Shown piece by piece: positions 1 to 9,305 of a stretch of DNA of 64,000 bases (its first letter is position 1; each line of letters begins with the position of its first letter). Origin of the DNA: an uncultured Lachnospiraceae bacterium. GTDB taxonomy: Bacteria; Bacillota; Clostridia; Oscillospirales; CAG-272. The stretch covers positions 70,548-134,547 of the forward strand of contig CAYOFP010000001.1 in NCBI GenBank assembly GCA_964403505.1, read 5' to 3'. The notes beneath the pieces were generated by a model. That model did no database searches and was not told where the DNA came from. It saw nothing but the letters and a program-made list of their open reading frames with translations. Position numbers and translations under genes: made by a program.

Positions 1-16
1 TGGGTGAGAGAACACA

Positions 17-951
17 ATGATTAAATTACTAATTGGTGGCTCACCGTGTACGAAGTAGAGTATTGCGCAACAAAACAACCGAGAAACAAAAGCGGAAGGC
101 GTCGGTTGGGAATTTTTTCGTAATTATTTGATTGCAAAAGAAAAATTCAAGCCGGATTTGTTTCTTTACGAAAATAACAAAAGCGCTGCTCAACCGATAA
201 AAGAGCAAATTTCTAAAGAGTTAGGAGCGGATTTGATGCACATAAATTCCGCACTTGTATCCGCTCAAAAACGACAAAGATTTTATGCGTTCAATTGGCA
301 TGTGCAGCAGCCTACTGACAGAAAAATTTTATTAAAGAATATTCTTGAGAACGACATCGCCGTACCTGTTAATACAACGGTAGACGGGAAAGCACAATGC
401 TTACGAGCGACTTATTACAAAGACGGCATGCGAAATATGATATGCAACGATGTAGATCGGCGTACTTGCGTAGCGATTCCCTCAGAGTACGCCGAAGGTT
501 TACCTGTTTATGAGGTGCGTAACGGCTTGATTTTTATAAAGGGAAACGCTTACCCGATAGAGCTTGACGACGGGTACTATGCAATTAGAAAATTGACCGT
601 TACGGAATGTAGCCGCCTACAAACACTCCCCGACGACTACTGCAAGGCTGTATCGAAGTCACAAGCATATAAAGGGCTCGGCAACGGTTGGACAGCGGAA
701 GTCATTATACATATCCTCTCGGGAGCTCTCGCAAATGTTGACCGTAACGAAAAAATAGTAGTGCTGTCAATGTACGACGGTATAGGTACGGGGCGTTATT
801 GCCTCGACAAAATGGGTTTTAAGAATGTTGAGTATACGCATTTGAGATAGACAAATACGCTATGAAAGTAGCTAACGACAATTTCCCCGATATTATACAA
901 TGCGGCGATGCATTTGATTTGCGACGTGACGATTGGGAAATAGGAGGTTAA
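17..951 (+). pseudogene. C5 DNA cytosine methyltransferase locus, disrupted and rearranged
   Basis: Translation reads MIKLLIGGSPCTK (PC catalytic motif IV), then an in-frame TAG at 56-58, then SIAQ. Later motifs follow in order: YENN (VI), QKRQR (VIII), RKLTVTECSRLQTLPDDY (IX), GNGWT (X). A second motif-I-like segment, VVLSMYDGIGTG, comes next. The frame breaks near 832-836 and continues in another frame as AFEIDKYAMKVANDNFPDIIQCGD up to TAA 949-951. All three frames have stops within the first 25 nt. Confidence 0.7.
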
Positions 952-1187
952 TGATGTGGGACAGACGAGACAGAACAGCCGAAACGCGTGCAGGCTATGC
1001 CGTGCGCGTCCGCAGGGAGTCGCCGCCCTGCGCTGATGATGGCAGGCGATGCTAAATAAAGCTACATATTATATATCTTTTTATTTTTATCGCGCGCGTG
1101 CGCGATTTGAGGCTTGTATGCAATCATAAGTAATCGACCGTGGTGGGGGCGGTTAGTGATGATTGAAAAACGAAAGGGAAAAACGGA

Positions 1188-2093
1188 ATGTATAAAGGAC
1201 GGACATTTACAAGAGAAACGACTTACACCTGCGGGAATTATTTCGACGGGGCGATCTATCCCGTATTTCAAAAGCCCGGGGTACGCCGGGCAAAAAGCAA
1301 GCCGACAAGCGAGGTACAGGCGCATCTTAACCGAACGAATGCCCTGAAGCATCTCGTCCGTCTGATCAATGCAAATTTCGTCAAAGGGGATTATGAGCTC
1401 ACGCCCACTTATGACGATGATCATCTGCCCGGGACATTCGAGCAGGCAGAACGTGATATCAAAAACTTCATCCGCAGAATTAAGCGTGCGTGGAAAAAAG
1501 CAGGGATCGTGCGGCCGCTGAAATACTGTTATCGGCTCGATGTGAGCGAGGATGGCAGATTTCATGCGCACATGTTCCTCACTGCCGGACTTGATCGCGA
1601 TCTGATTGAGGATCTATGGGGAAAAGGCTGGGCGAACACTATACGTATGATGCCACGCAATGACGGTCTCGCAGGGCTTTCCGAATATGTCGGCGGCAAG
1701 GAGCTTGTCGAGGGGGACAAGCGTCTGTCTTACCGCCGTTGGTCAAGGTCGAAAAACTTTATCGTTCCCGAGCCTGCGCAGAGAGATGCGGCATTCACCG
1801 TGGCACAGGTCCGTCAGATCGCCGACGCATTTGAAAAGCGCAGAGTACACGAATACTTTGAAGCTTTATATCCCGGCTATCGCCTGGTAGAAGCACGATT
1901 CGATCACAACGGATTTAACCGGGGATATTATTTTTATTTTCAGATGGTGCGTGAGAGCGCTTACATAGATACCAAGCTTATGGAATATGCGATCAGCCAC
2001 ACGGCGTCGCTCTTTCTGCGCGGCATGACGAAGAAACGAAAAAAACGCAAAAATGCAAAAAAGGATAAAAACACAACGATTCAGAAGGAGTAA
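1188..2093 (+). CDS. HUH-superfamily rolling-circle Rep-like protein (phage)
   Basis: Three motifs occur in the expected order: ELTPTY (motif I, compare FLTLTY), GRFHAHMFL (HUH motif II) and LSEYVGGK (Tyr motif III). The C-terminal tail is basic. Confidence 0.5.
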   Translation: MYKGRTFTRETTYTCGNYFDGAIYPVFQKPGVRRAKSKPTSEVQAHLNRTNALKHLVRLINANFVKGDYELTPTYDDDHLPGTFEQAERDIKNFIRRIKRAWKKAGIVRPLKYCYRLDVSEDGRFHAHMFLTAGLDRDLIEDLWGKGWANTIRMMPRNDGLAGLSEYVGGKELVEGDKRLSYRRWSRSKNFIVPEPAQRDAAFTVAQVRQIADAFEKRRVHEYFEALYPGYRLVEARFDHNGFNRGYYFYFQMVRESAYIDTKLMEYAISHTASLFLRGMTKKRKKRKNAKKDKNTTIQKE

Positions 2094-2096
2094 AAC

Positions 2097-2318
2097 ATGG
2101 GAACAAATTGGAAAGGTGTACGGGTCTTATGTCCGTTTTACATCAGCGAGGACGCACAGTCGGTCACCTGCGAGGGGATGATGCCGCGCACAACGTTACG
2201 GCAGAAATTTCGTGCACAGAAAGATAAGGATTTTACAAAGCAGACACACTGCGAAAATGCTTATAAGGGATGTCCTATCTATCGAATGCTGATGGAATAC
2301 AAGTATCGTGAGGATTAA
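2097..2318 (+). CDS. Small Cys-rich phage protein of unknown function
   Basis: 73 aa with four spaced Cys residues (LCPFY, TCEG, HCEN, GCP). It lies 3 nt after the previous stop and directly upstream of the packaging genes. Confidence 0.5.
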   Translation: MGTNWKGVRVLCPFYISEDAQSVTCEGMMPRTTLRQKFRAQKDKDFTKQTHCENAYKGCPIYRMLMEYKYRED

Positions 2319-2345
2319 GCACGCTTGATCAAAAAATCTGCGGCG

Positions 2346-2379
2346 GGGTTAGAAAAAACCTGCCTTCTTTTGCTACAAT
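2346..2379 (+). promoter_or_regulatory. Phage promoter-like motif P1 (GGGTTAGA-N20-TGc-TACAAT)
   Basis: GGGTTAGA at 2346-2353, exactly 20 nt, then TACAAT at 2374-2379 preceded by TGC. It lies 24 nt upstream of the terS start. The same architecture occurs at three other block starts. Confidence 0.6.
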
Positions 2380-2402
2380 GTCCCGTGAGAGGAGGGAATG
2401 AG

Positions 2403-2933
2403 ATGGAAAAAGAAAAAGACATTACCGAATACACGCGGGCAGAGCTGCGCGAGTTTATCGCGGGGATTCCTGCATCGGGTGCGGAATATGAATGCGGCGT
2501 CGAGCGTTTGTCCTCCCTTCCCTCGGAGGAGCTATACAAGCTGCTTAACAAGACACAGCGAGCTTTTTGCGCCGCTCTTGCCGAGCCGGACTGTACGATC
2601 AAAGAGGCGGCACGTGCGGCGGGACTGTCTGACTCATCCGACGCAGTGCTCAGCTCTGCGGGTTCTCGGATGCTTAGAAATGTTAAGGTCGCCGCGTACA
2701 GGCGTGCGTGCGCGCGAGATGATTGTAGGGCGCTCGCTCTGACGAGGGAAAACTGTCTCTTACGGCTTAACAATATCGCGCAACGCGCACGTAAGAATAA
2801 CGACCTGAAAAATGAGTTAGCTGCCGTCAAAACGATGATTCAGGTATCCGGGGTCTGCGAGGTCGACCGTGACAGTGCAGACATTACCGTCGCGATCTCT
2901 CTGCCGGCAGAGGCGCAGGAATATGCACAGTGA
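2403..2933 (+). CDS. terS: Terminase small subunit
   Basis: The ATG at 2403 follows GGAGGG by 6 nt; the longer ORF from 2325 has no RBS. A helix-turn-helix-like segment (CTIKEAARAAGLS) is present. The stop overlaps the TerL start. Confidence 0.7.
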   Translation: MEKEKDITEYTRAELREFIAGIPASGAEYECGVERLSSLPSEELYKLLNKTQRAFCAALAEPDCTIKEAARAAGLSDSSDAVLSSAGSRMLRNVKVAAYRRACARDDCRALALTRENCLLRLNNIAQRARKNNDLKNELAAVKTMIQVSGVCEVDRDSADITVAISLPAEAQEYAQ

Positions 2934-4336
2934 AACGCATTAAAACGACGGGCGGTATGCTGTCGCTTGAAGCGCCGAGTGAAAAGCAGCGGCTTTTCCT
3001 TACCGACACGCACAAATACGTCGCATACGGCGGCGCACGAGGCGGCGGAAAAAGCTGGGCGGTGCGTGCGAAGGCCATGCTGTTATGCCTAAACTATGCA
3101 GGAATCAAGACGCTGATCGTGCGCTCTACCTATCCCGAGCTGTATAACAACCATATTGCGCCCTTGCGTGCGTCGCTCGCAGGAATCGCACAGTACAATG
3201 ATGCGCATAAAATGTTTACCTTTCCGAATTCGTCGACGATCAAGTTCGGCTACTGCAACAACGACGGTGACGTTCAGCAATATCAGGGTGCGGAATATGA
3301 TGTGATCTTTATCGACGAGGCCACGAACCTCGAGGAAGACTGGATCAAGAAAATAATCGCCTGTATGCGAGGCGTCAACGATTTTCCGAAGAGAATTTAC
3401 TATACCTGTAACCCGGGCGGACGCTCGCATCACTATATCAAGCGGCTTTTTATCGACCGCAATTTTGAGCGCGGAGAAGACCCGGACGAATATTCGTTTA
3501 TTCAGGCGAAGGTCGGCGACAATCCTGCGCTGCTGCGGGCACAACCCGATTACGTTAAACAGCTCGAGTCTCTGCCGCCGCAGATCCGCGCGGCGTGGCT
3601 CGACGGAAGCTGGGACATAAATTCCGGGCAGTTCTTCTCGGAATTCCGCAACGACCCCGAGCATTATGCCGACCGTGAATGGACGCATGTGATAGATCCG
3701 CTGCCTGATTCACGGATTCGCCGCATGACGCTCTACCGCTCGTACGATTTCGGCTATCACAAGCCGTTTTCTTTGGCCTGGTGGGGAGTGGATTCGGACG
3801 GGATACTCTATCGTTTACTCGAATTTTACGGCTGTAACGGCTTTCCGAACGAGGGGATCCGAATGAGTGCAGACGAGCAGTTCCGCAAGGTTCGTGAAAT
3901 TGAGGACGAGCACCCGTGGCTCAAGGGAAAACACATACACGGGGTGGCAGATCCTGCGATATGGAATGCGGAAAGCGGCGAGAGTGTCGCAGAAACTGCC
4001 GCACGTTACGGCATTTATTTCGACCCCGGGGACAATGCACGGATCGCCGGATGGATGCAGATGCGCTATCGGATGCAGTTTGATGAAAACGGGCGGGCGC
4101 GGATGTATTTTTTCAAGGACTGCAAGGCGATCATACGCACGCTTCCCTTGCTTCAGTTCGACGAGCGCAAGGTCGAGGATCTTGACACAAGCGGCGAGGA
4201 CCATGCCGCAGACGAAGCGAGATATCTGTGCATGGCGCGCCCGGTGCGTCCCTTGATCGAGCATGCCGACGCTCCGCCGATATACGATCCGCTCGGAACG
4301 TTAAATACCAAAAAGGCGCGGAAATTCAATTTATAA
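2930..4336 (+). CDS. terL: Terminase large subunit
   Basis: Walker A motif YGGARGGGKSW and Walker B motif DVIFIDEAT, with a C-terminal nuclease-type acidic motif (GEDHAADEARY). 468 aa. Confidence 0.95.
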   Translation: MKRIKTTGGMLSLEAPSEKQRLFLTDTHKYVAYGGARGGGKSWAVRAKAMLLCLNYAGIKTLIVRSTYPELYNNHIAPLRASLAGIAQYNDAHKMFTFPNSSTIKFGYCNNDGDVQQYQGAEYDVIFIDEATNLEEDWIKKIIACMRGVNDFPKRIYYTCNPGGRSHHYIKRLFIDRNFERGEDPDEYSFIQAKVGDNPALLRAQPDYVKQLESLPPQIRAAWLDGSWDINSGQFFSEFRNDPEHYADREWTHVIDPLPDSRIRRMTLYRSYDFGYHKPFSLAWWGVDSDGILYRLLEFYGCNGFPNEGIRMSADEQFRKVREIEDEHPWLKGKHIHGVADPAIWNAESGESVAETAARYGIYFDPGDNARIAGWMQMRYRMQFDENGRARMYFFKDCKAIIRTLPLLQFDERKVEDLDTSGEDHAADEARYLCMARPVRPLIEHADAPPIYDPLGTLNTKKARKFNL

Positions 4337-4363
4337 ATTTTTATTCAGAACGGAGGATAAAGA

Positions 4364-6406
4364 ATGGCGATTCTCGGAATAGGAAAACGAAAAAGTACGG
4401 AAACGGCGCAGAAGATCGGGAAAAAGGAGTTAAAGCACTTTGACGAAATTCTGCAAAAGTACAGAGAGGGCAAATCAAGCATAGAAGCCCGTGCCGTTGA
4501 AAACGAGGAATGGTGGAAGCTCCATCAATGGGAGCAGACGCAAAACGGAAATAAAAATGACATCCAACCACGGGGCGCGTACCTATGGAACACGATCGAG
4601 GTAAAGCACGCGGATGTGACTGCCGCATACCCCGAGCCGACCGTGCGTCCGCGCAACCAAGACGATATACCCGAAGCGGAAAAGCTGTCTTCAATACTGC
4701 CAGTAGTGCTCGAACAAAACGAGTTCCGCCGGGTATGGAGCGAGGTCAACAAGTATAAGCTAAAGCAAGGAACGGGAATTTACGGCGTTTTTTGGGACGG
4801 AGACCGTCTCGGCGGATTAGGAGATATCGCAATTAAAAAAATCGACATTTTGCGTATCTTCTGGGAGCCGGGAGTCACCGATATTCAATCCTCACGCTAT
4901 GTATTTCTCGTGGATCTGTGGGATATCGACCGACTCGAAGCGCAGTATCCCGAGCACGCCGGAAATTTAAAGAACGGCGGTAAGATGACTGTCAAAAATT
5001 ATTTATATGACGACAATGTCGACACAACAGATAAGGCGGTAGTGGTCGACGTCTATTACAAGGTGCAGCAGAACGGGCGTACTGTGTTGCATTACTGCAA
5101 ATACTGCGGAAACTGCGTGCTTTACGCAACGGAAAACGATACAGCGCCCTCCGCTGCCCTTTCCGACAGCGGTAATGAAACTGCTCCGGATGCCGCAGAG
5201 AACGGCGCACCCTGCCCTGCGCAAAACGGCCTTTACGATCACGGACTGTATCCCTTTGTATTTGATCCGCTCTTCGAGGTAGAGGGTTCGGTCGCCGGGT
5301 ATGGCTACATCGACATAGGAAAGTCGATACAATCACAGATCGACCTGATGGATCAGGCGTTTCTCAAATCGACACTCGCCAACTGCACGCCGCGGTATAT
5401 GATATCCGGAAATACCGGAGTGAACGAGGAAGAATTTGCCGACTTCACCCGTCCGTTTGTTCATTTCGAGGGGGCGCTCACCGATATCAATGTACGTGAA
5501 ATACCGCAGACCTCGCTTTCGGGCAACTTCCTCGATGTTTATCAGCTCAAAGTGAATGAGCTCAAGGAAGTGCTCGGAAACCGCGATGTGGCGAACGGAG
5601 GAACGACAAGCGGCGTGACCGCCGCTTCTGCTATTGCGACCCTGCAGGAGGTATCCGGGCGAATGAGCAAGGATTCTACCCGGGACGCTTACCGTGCGTT
5701 CAAGGGCGTAATAAATCTCTGCATCGAGCTCATTCGTCAGTTTTACACCGTTCCGCGTACCTTCCGCATTATCGGAGAGGGCGGTATGCAGAAATTTATC
5801 ACCTATACAAACGCAGGCCTCGGCGAGCAGGCGCAAAGCAATATCATGGGCGTGAAAATGGGAATGCGGCTCCCCGTCTTTGATATCGAGGTAAGTGCGC
5901 AGAATGCGACCGAATATACGAAGCAGTCGCAGAACGAAATGGCATTACAGTTCTTCTCGCTCGGGTTCTTTAATCCGGCGCTGTCGGATCAGGCGCTCGC
6001 CTGCCTCGAGACTATGGACTTTGATCACAAGGATGATGTGATGGACCGTGTGAGCAAGAACGGACTGTTATATCAGCGCTTACAGCAAATGCAACAGATC
6101 GCCATCGGCCTTGCAAGCAAGTATGAGCCTGAGTTAGCACAGGCGCTGATCGCACAAGGACAGGCGGACATGGGCGGCGTGGGGTTCCCCGAGGCGAGCG
6201 CAGGCGAGCCTTGGGGCGTTCCGAGCGGTGCGCCTATGGCAGGCGGCGCACAGATCTCTCGTTTTGCAGGAGAGGGAGAGGGTGCTTCCGAGCGCGTGGG
6301 GTTCCCCGCTGCGAGGTCACGCAGCGGCGGGGGTTCTGAGCACCCGAATGTGAAGCGAGCACGTGCGGCAGCACAAAATGCTGCACAGCCGGAGGGAGCG
6401 TCATGA
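4364..6406 (+). CDS. Portal protein with a repeat-derived Gly/Pro/Ala-rich C-terminal extension
   Basis: 680 aa, directly after TerL, with RBS GGAGGA. The last ~75 aa are encoded by the GC-rich hairpin repeat at 6181-6342. Confidence 0.8.
   Translation: MAILGIGKRKSTETAQKIGKKELKHFDEILQKYREGKSSIEARAVENEEWWKLHQWEQTQNGNKNDIQPRGAYLWNTIEVKHADVTAAYPEPTVRPRNQDDIPEAEKLSSILPVVLEQNEFRRVWSEVNKYKLKQGTGIYGVFWDGDRLGGLGDIAIKKIDILRIFWEPGVTDIQSSRYVFLVDLWDIDRLEAQYPEHAGNLKNGGKMTVKNYLYDDNVDTTDKAVVVDVYYKVQQNGRTVLHYCKYCGNCVLYATENDTAPSAALSDSGNETAPDAAENGAPCPAQNGLYDHGLYPFVFDPLFEVEGSVAGYGYIDIGKSIQSQIDLMDQAFLKSTLANCTPRYMISGNTGVNEEEFADFTRPFVHFEGALTDINVREIPQTSLSGNFLDVYQLKVNELKEVLGNRDVANGGTTSGVTAASAIATLQEVSGRMSKDSTRDAYRAFKGVINLCIELIRQFYTVPRTFRIIGEGGMQKFITYTNAGLGEQAQSNIMGVKMGMRLPVFDIEVSAQNATEYTKQSQNEMALQFFSLGFFNPALSDQALACLETMDFDHKDDVMDRVSKNGLLYQRLQQMQQIAIGLASKYEPELAQALIAQGQADMGGVGFPEASAGEPWGVPSGAPMAGGAQISRFAGEGEGASERVGFPAARSRSGGGSEHPNVKRARAAAQNAAQPEGAS
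6181..6342 (+). repeat. GC-rich hairpin repeat, copy A (two GGGGTTCCCC-hairpin-GGGGnTTC[C/T]GAGC subunits separated by ~65 bp)
   Basis: Subunit A1 at 6181-6229 and A2 at 6297-6342 closely match subunits B1 and B2 at 9306-9398. Each has an internal stem, for example CCGCTGCG-AGGTCA-CGCAGCGG. Confidence 0.75.
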
Positions 6407-6732
6407 TAACAGTCGAGTATGATAAAACGACGTGTGCGGTAAGCGTGCACGGCCACGCAGGAAGCGCCGAGCCCGGATGCGATCTTGTCTGTGCGGCGTG
6501 CTCGATGCTGGTCTACGGACTCTTACAGGCGCTGACGGATCTGTGTCCCCGGTCTGCTCCCGGCAAAGGGGGCATACGGCGGTGCAGGGCGGAGCCGGGA
6601 GATGCACACATAGAGTGGCACGCCGAAGAATGGGAGAAAGCACGTGCAATGCTGATATTTGCCGCATATGCGAGCGGATTTCGTGCGCTTGCCCGTGAAA
6701 ATCCCGACTATGTGCAGTATACAGAAAAATGA
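6403..6732 (+). CDS. prp: Prp-like cysteine protease (phage homologue of the ribosomal protein L27 processing peptidase, DUF464)
   Basis: Signature VHGHAGSAEPGCDLVCAACSML (His...Cys dyad in the GHA / D-[IL]-VCA-x-[VC]-S context). 109 aa. ATGA overlap with the portal stop. Confidence 0.8.
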   Translation: MITVEYDKTTCAVSVHGHAGSAEPGCDLVCAACSMLVYGLLQALTDLCPRSAPGKGGIRRCRAEPGDAHIEWHAEEWEKARAMLIFAAYASGFRALARENPDYVQYTEK

Positions 6733-6735
6733 TCG

Positions 6736-6770
6736 AGCAGGAGGTGATCAGCCTCCTGCTTAATTTTTTT
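6736..6770 (+). terminator. Rho-independent terminator closing the packaging block
   Basis: Stem AGCAGGAGG / CCTCCTGCT (9 bp), then TAATTTTTTT. Confidence 0.7.
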
Positions 6771-6777
6771 GTTTGCG

Positions 6778-6811
6778 GGGTTAGAAAACGACAATTCCGG
6801 TGTGATATGAT
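6778..6811 (+). promoter_or_regulatory. Phage promoter-like motif P2 (GGGTTAGA-N20-TGa-TATGAT)
   Basis: GGGTTAGA at 6778-6785, 20 nt, then TATGAT at 6806-6811 preceded by TGA. It follows the terminator immediately. A ~130-nt leader with several short hairpins precedes the scaffold ATG. Confidence 0.55.
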
Positions 6812-6942
6812 AGGCGCAAAGGCAGAGGAAGCGGCTCGTATGAGCGAGTACGAACGCCGTACCGTTATGCCGGGATGTACGATAAGAGTCATGGGCTATA
6901 CCCATTGAGAGTCGCAGGCTGAACCTGCAGAAAGGAAAGTAC

Positions 6943-7902
6943 ATGAAAACATTAAAAATCGATCTGCAATTATTCTCAGACGGAGGAGAGGGCGCTGCAG
7001 CGTCCGCCGCAACAACTGATGATGTGCAGAAAGACGCAGCGCCGACAGGCGCACAGGCCGGACAAAAGGACGCACAGGTGCTTTACGGCAAGCAAGCGGA
7101 CAGCGCACCTGTTGTGCAGAAAACCGAAAAAGATGCAGAAGCTCAGGGAAAAGAGACCGCAGAGGCGACGCCTGAGTCCGAAAAGGCGCAGGACGAAGAG
7201 AGCTTTGAAGAGCTGATCAAGGGAAAGTACAAAAACGATTTTGAAAAACTGTTATCCCGCCGCTTTAAGAAAAGTGCGCAAACAGAATCGCAGAACGCCG
7301 CTATGCGTACTCTGCTCGAAAACGTCGCGATCAGCTATGGACTCGACCCGGAGTCAGACAGTCTCCTCGACGATATCAAAAAGGCACAGGATGCGGACGA
7401 GGAGCTCTATCAGAAGGCGGCATATGAAAAAGGCATCAGCCCTGAGGAATACCGCCGTGAGCTCGCAAAAGACAGGAAGATAAAAGAGCTTTCCCGAAAG
7501 GTTGAGGAAAACGAACAGCGTGAGAGAAATACTGCATGGGTACAGCATCTCAAAGCGCAGGTACCGCAGGTGCAAAAGATGTTTCCGAATTTTGATCTCG
7601 ACACCGAGATGAAAAATCCGGACTTTGCTTACCTGGTTCGTCCGGGCTCGCCGACGAGCATTGAGGCGGCGATGTACGCTGTTCATCACAGAGAGATCCT
7701 GTCGGGCGCAGTAAAGACCGCGGCACAGCAGGCGGCCGAGCAGACAGCAAACGCCGTCGCCGCAAACAAAGCACGGCCGAAAGAAGGCGGACTTTCCGCA
7801 GTACCGCCGACCGTAGTCAAGGACGATCCGGCAAAATGGAGTAAAGAGGACCTCGCAGAAATACGCCGCAGGGTCGAACGGGGAGAAAAAATAAGACTGT
7901 GA
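6943..7902 (+). CDS. Scaffolding protein with an L27-like N-terminal propeptide
   Basis: Acidic, Ala/Glu/Lys-rich and helical, 319 aa, located between the protease and the capsid gene. The N-terminus MKTLKIDLQLF-SDGG carries the LQLF motif. Confidence 0.7.
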   Translation: MKTLKIDLQLFSDGGEGAAASAATTDDVQKDAAPTGAQAGQKDAQVLYGKQADSAPVVQKTEKDAEAQGKETAEATPESEKAQDEESFEELIKGKYKNDFEKLLSRRFKKSAQTESQNAAMRTLLENVAISYGLDPESDSLLDDIKKAQDADEELYQKAAYEKGISPEEYRRELAKDRKIKELSRKVEENEQRERNTAWVQHLKAQVPQVQKMFPNFDLDTEMKNPDFAYLVRPGSPTSIEAAMYAVHHREILSGAVKTAAQQAAEQTANAVAANKARPKEGGLSAVPPTVVKDDPAKWSKEDLAEIRRRVERGEKIRL

Positions 7903-7976
7903 GAATCGCCAACGCCGTGTGCCTCGTGTGAGGTGTAAAGGCACAGTGTTATGCTCCCGAATGAAAGGAGAAATGA

Positions 7977-9008
7977 ATGAAAACATTAATGGAAAACGAA
8001 ACATATGCTTTTGTATTGAATTTACAGCTTTTTGCTGAGGGCGATACAGGTGCAACAGTTTATGACGCTTCAAGTGTGGGACTGACGACGGCAAAGCCAA
8101 CGTCAATGTCCCACGAAATGAAAACATACTATAACCGTGAGCTGCTCGAGAACGCCAATCCGAATCTGATCTACATACAGTTCGGCAAGCGCTGTCCCAT
8201 TCCGGCAGGCAGCGGTAAGCTCGCAGAGTGGCGAAAATTCGCTCAGTTTGAGAGGGTGAAGGAGCCTCTGACCGAAGGAGTCGTGCCGAAACCGAGTGCG
8301 ACGTCCGTATCGATCATCACAGCTGAAACGGCACAGTACGGCGATTGGACACCGATATCCGATGTGCTCGATCTGACCGCGATCGATAATGTCGTCCTCG
8401 AGGTAACCAAGGAGCACGGCGATAACGCCGGACGCTCGCTCGATTCCCTTGTGCGCGACGTGGTATATGCAAATTCAAACGTCATGTCGGACGGTTCGCA
8501 GAAGATCACCCCTGCACTCATTGCACAGGCGGTCGCTGCCCTCAAGCGGCAGAATGTGCCGACCATCAACAGCAAATACCACTGTATTATCCATCCGTCG
8601 GTCGCATATGACCTGATGCAGGACAGCGCATGGCTCGACGCACATAAGTACGCAAATCCCGAAAACATCTATGCCGGTGAGATAGGTGAGCTGTACGGAG
8701 TCCGGTTCTTTGAGACGACACAGGCGCCGATTCACTCGGAAAAGGTGGGAGATGCGACTGTCGCATCCAATGTCTATTACACGCCGATCTTCGGCTTAGA
8801 CGCCTACGGCGTAGTTGACGTTACGGGCGGCGGGCTCGAAACCATTGTTAAAGACAAGAGCGAGGGCGGCACGGCAAATCCGCTCAATCAGTTCAGCACT
8901 GTCGGATGGAAAGTTACCGCATTCGGTGCAAAAATGCTGTATCCCGAGCGGTTAGTCAACCTCAAGGTGACATCGTCACTTGCTGCATCTGACAATGCGA
9001 ACGTGTAA
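7977..9008 (+). CDS. Major capsid protein with an L27-like N-terminal propeptide
   Basis: 343 aa, RBS AAAGGAG, directly after the scaffold gene. The N-terminus ...AFVLNLQLF-AEGD mimics the L27 NLQFFA Prp site. Confidence 0.85.
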   Translation: MKTLMENETYAFVLNLQLFAEGDTGATVYDASSVGLTTAKPTSMSHEMKTYYNRELLENANPNLIYIQFGKRCPIPAGSGKLAEWRKFAQFERVKEPLTEGVVPKPSATSVSIITAETAQYGDWTPISDVLDLTAIDNVVLEVTKEHGDNAGRSLDSLVRDVVYANSNVMSDGSQKITPALIAQAVAALKRQNVPTINSKYHCIIHPSVAYDLMQDSAWLDAHKYANPENIYAGEIGELYGVRFFETTQAPIHSEKVGDATVASNVYYTPIFGLDAYGVVDVTGGGLETIVKDKSEGGTANPLNQFSTVGWKVTAFGAKMLYPERLVNLKVTSSLAASDNANV

Positions 9009-9022
9009 AAGCAAAGGAGTTT

Positions 9023-9280
9023 ATGATGGCAGAAAAAAAGACAAACAAAGAAGAAAACACCGCACCCGAGGAACAGGAGTACACAGTACGCCTGCCTAAA
9101 GTTCGGGGCGAGGACGCAAAATTCGTCGGGATCGACGGGGTCGCATACCTTGTGAAAAGAGGCGAGAATGTGCGTGTGCCCAAAGCGGTATACGACGAAC
9201 TGATGCGCGCAGAAGCGGCGGAAATTCGTGCAGACGAGCAGGTGGAAGCGCTCGCAGTCAAGAAACAGATCGTGGGGTGA
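9023..9280 (+). CDS. Small phage protein following the capsid gene (function unknown)
   Basis: 85 aa, RBS AAAGGAG, tightly packed after the capsid gene. Confidence 0.5.
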   Translation: MMAEKKTNKEENTAPEEQEYTVRLPKVRGEDAKFVGIDGVAYLVKRGENVRVPKAVYDELMRAEAAEIRADEQVEALAVKKQIVG

Positions 9281-9305
9281 GAACCCCATGCGCCGCATCA
9301 GCGAA

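Noticed and set aside
56-58. The in-frame TAG in the methyltransferase could be evidence of stop-codon recoding (TAG read as an amino acid), as in some gut phages.
   Set aside because: All other phage ORFs in the window are intact under the standard code and need no TAG read-through. The same locus also carries a frameshift, so a nonsense mutation in a decaying gene is the simpler reading.
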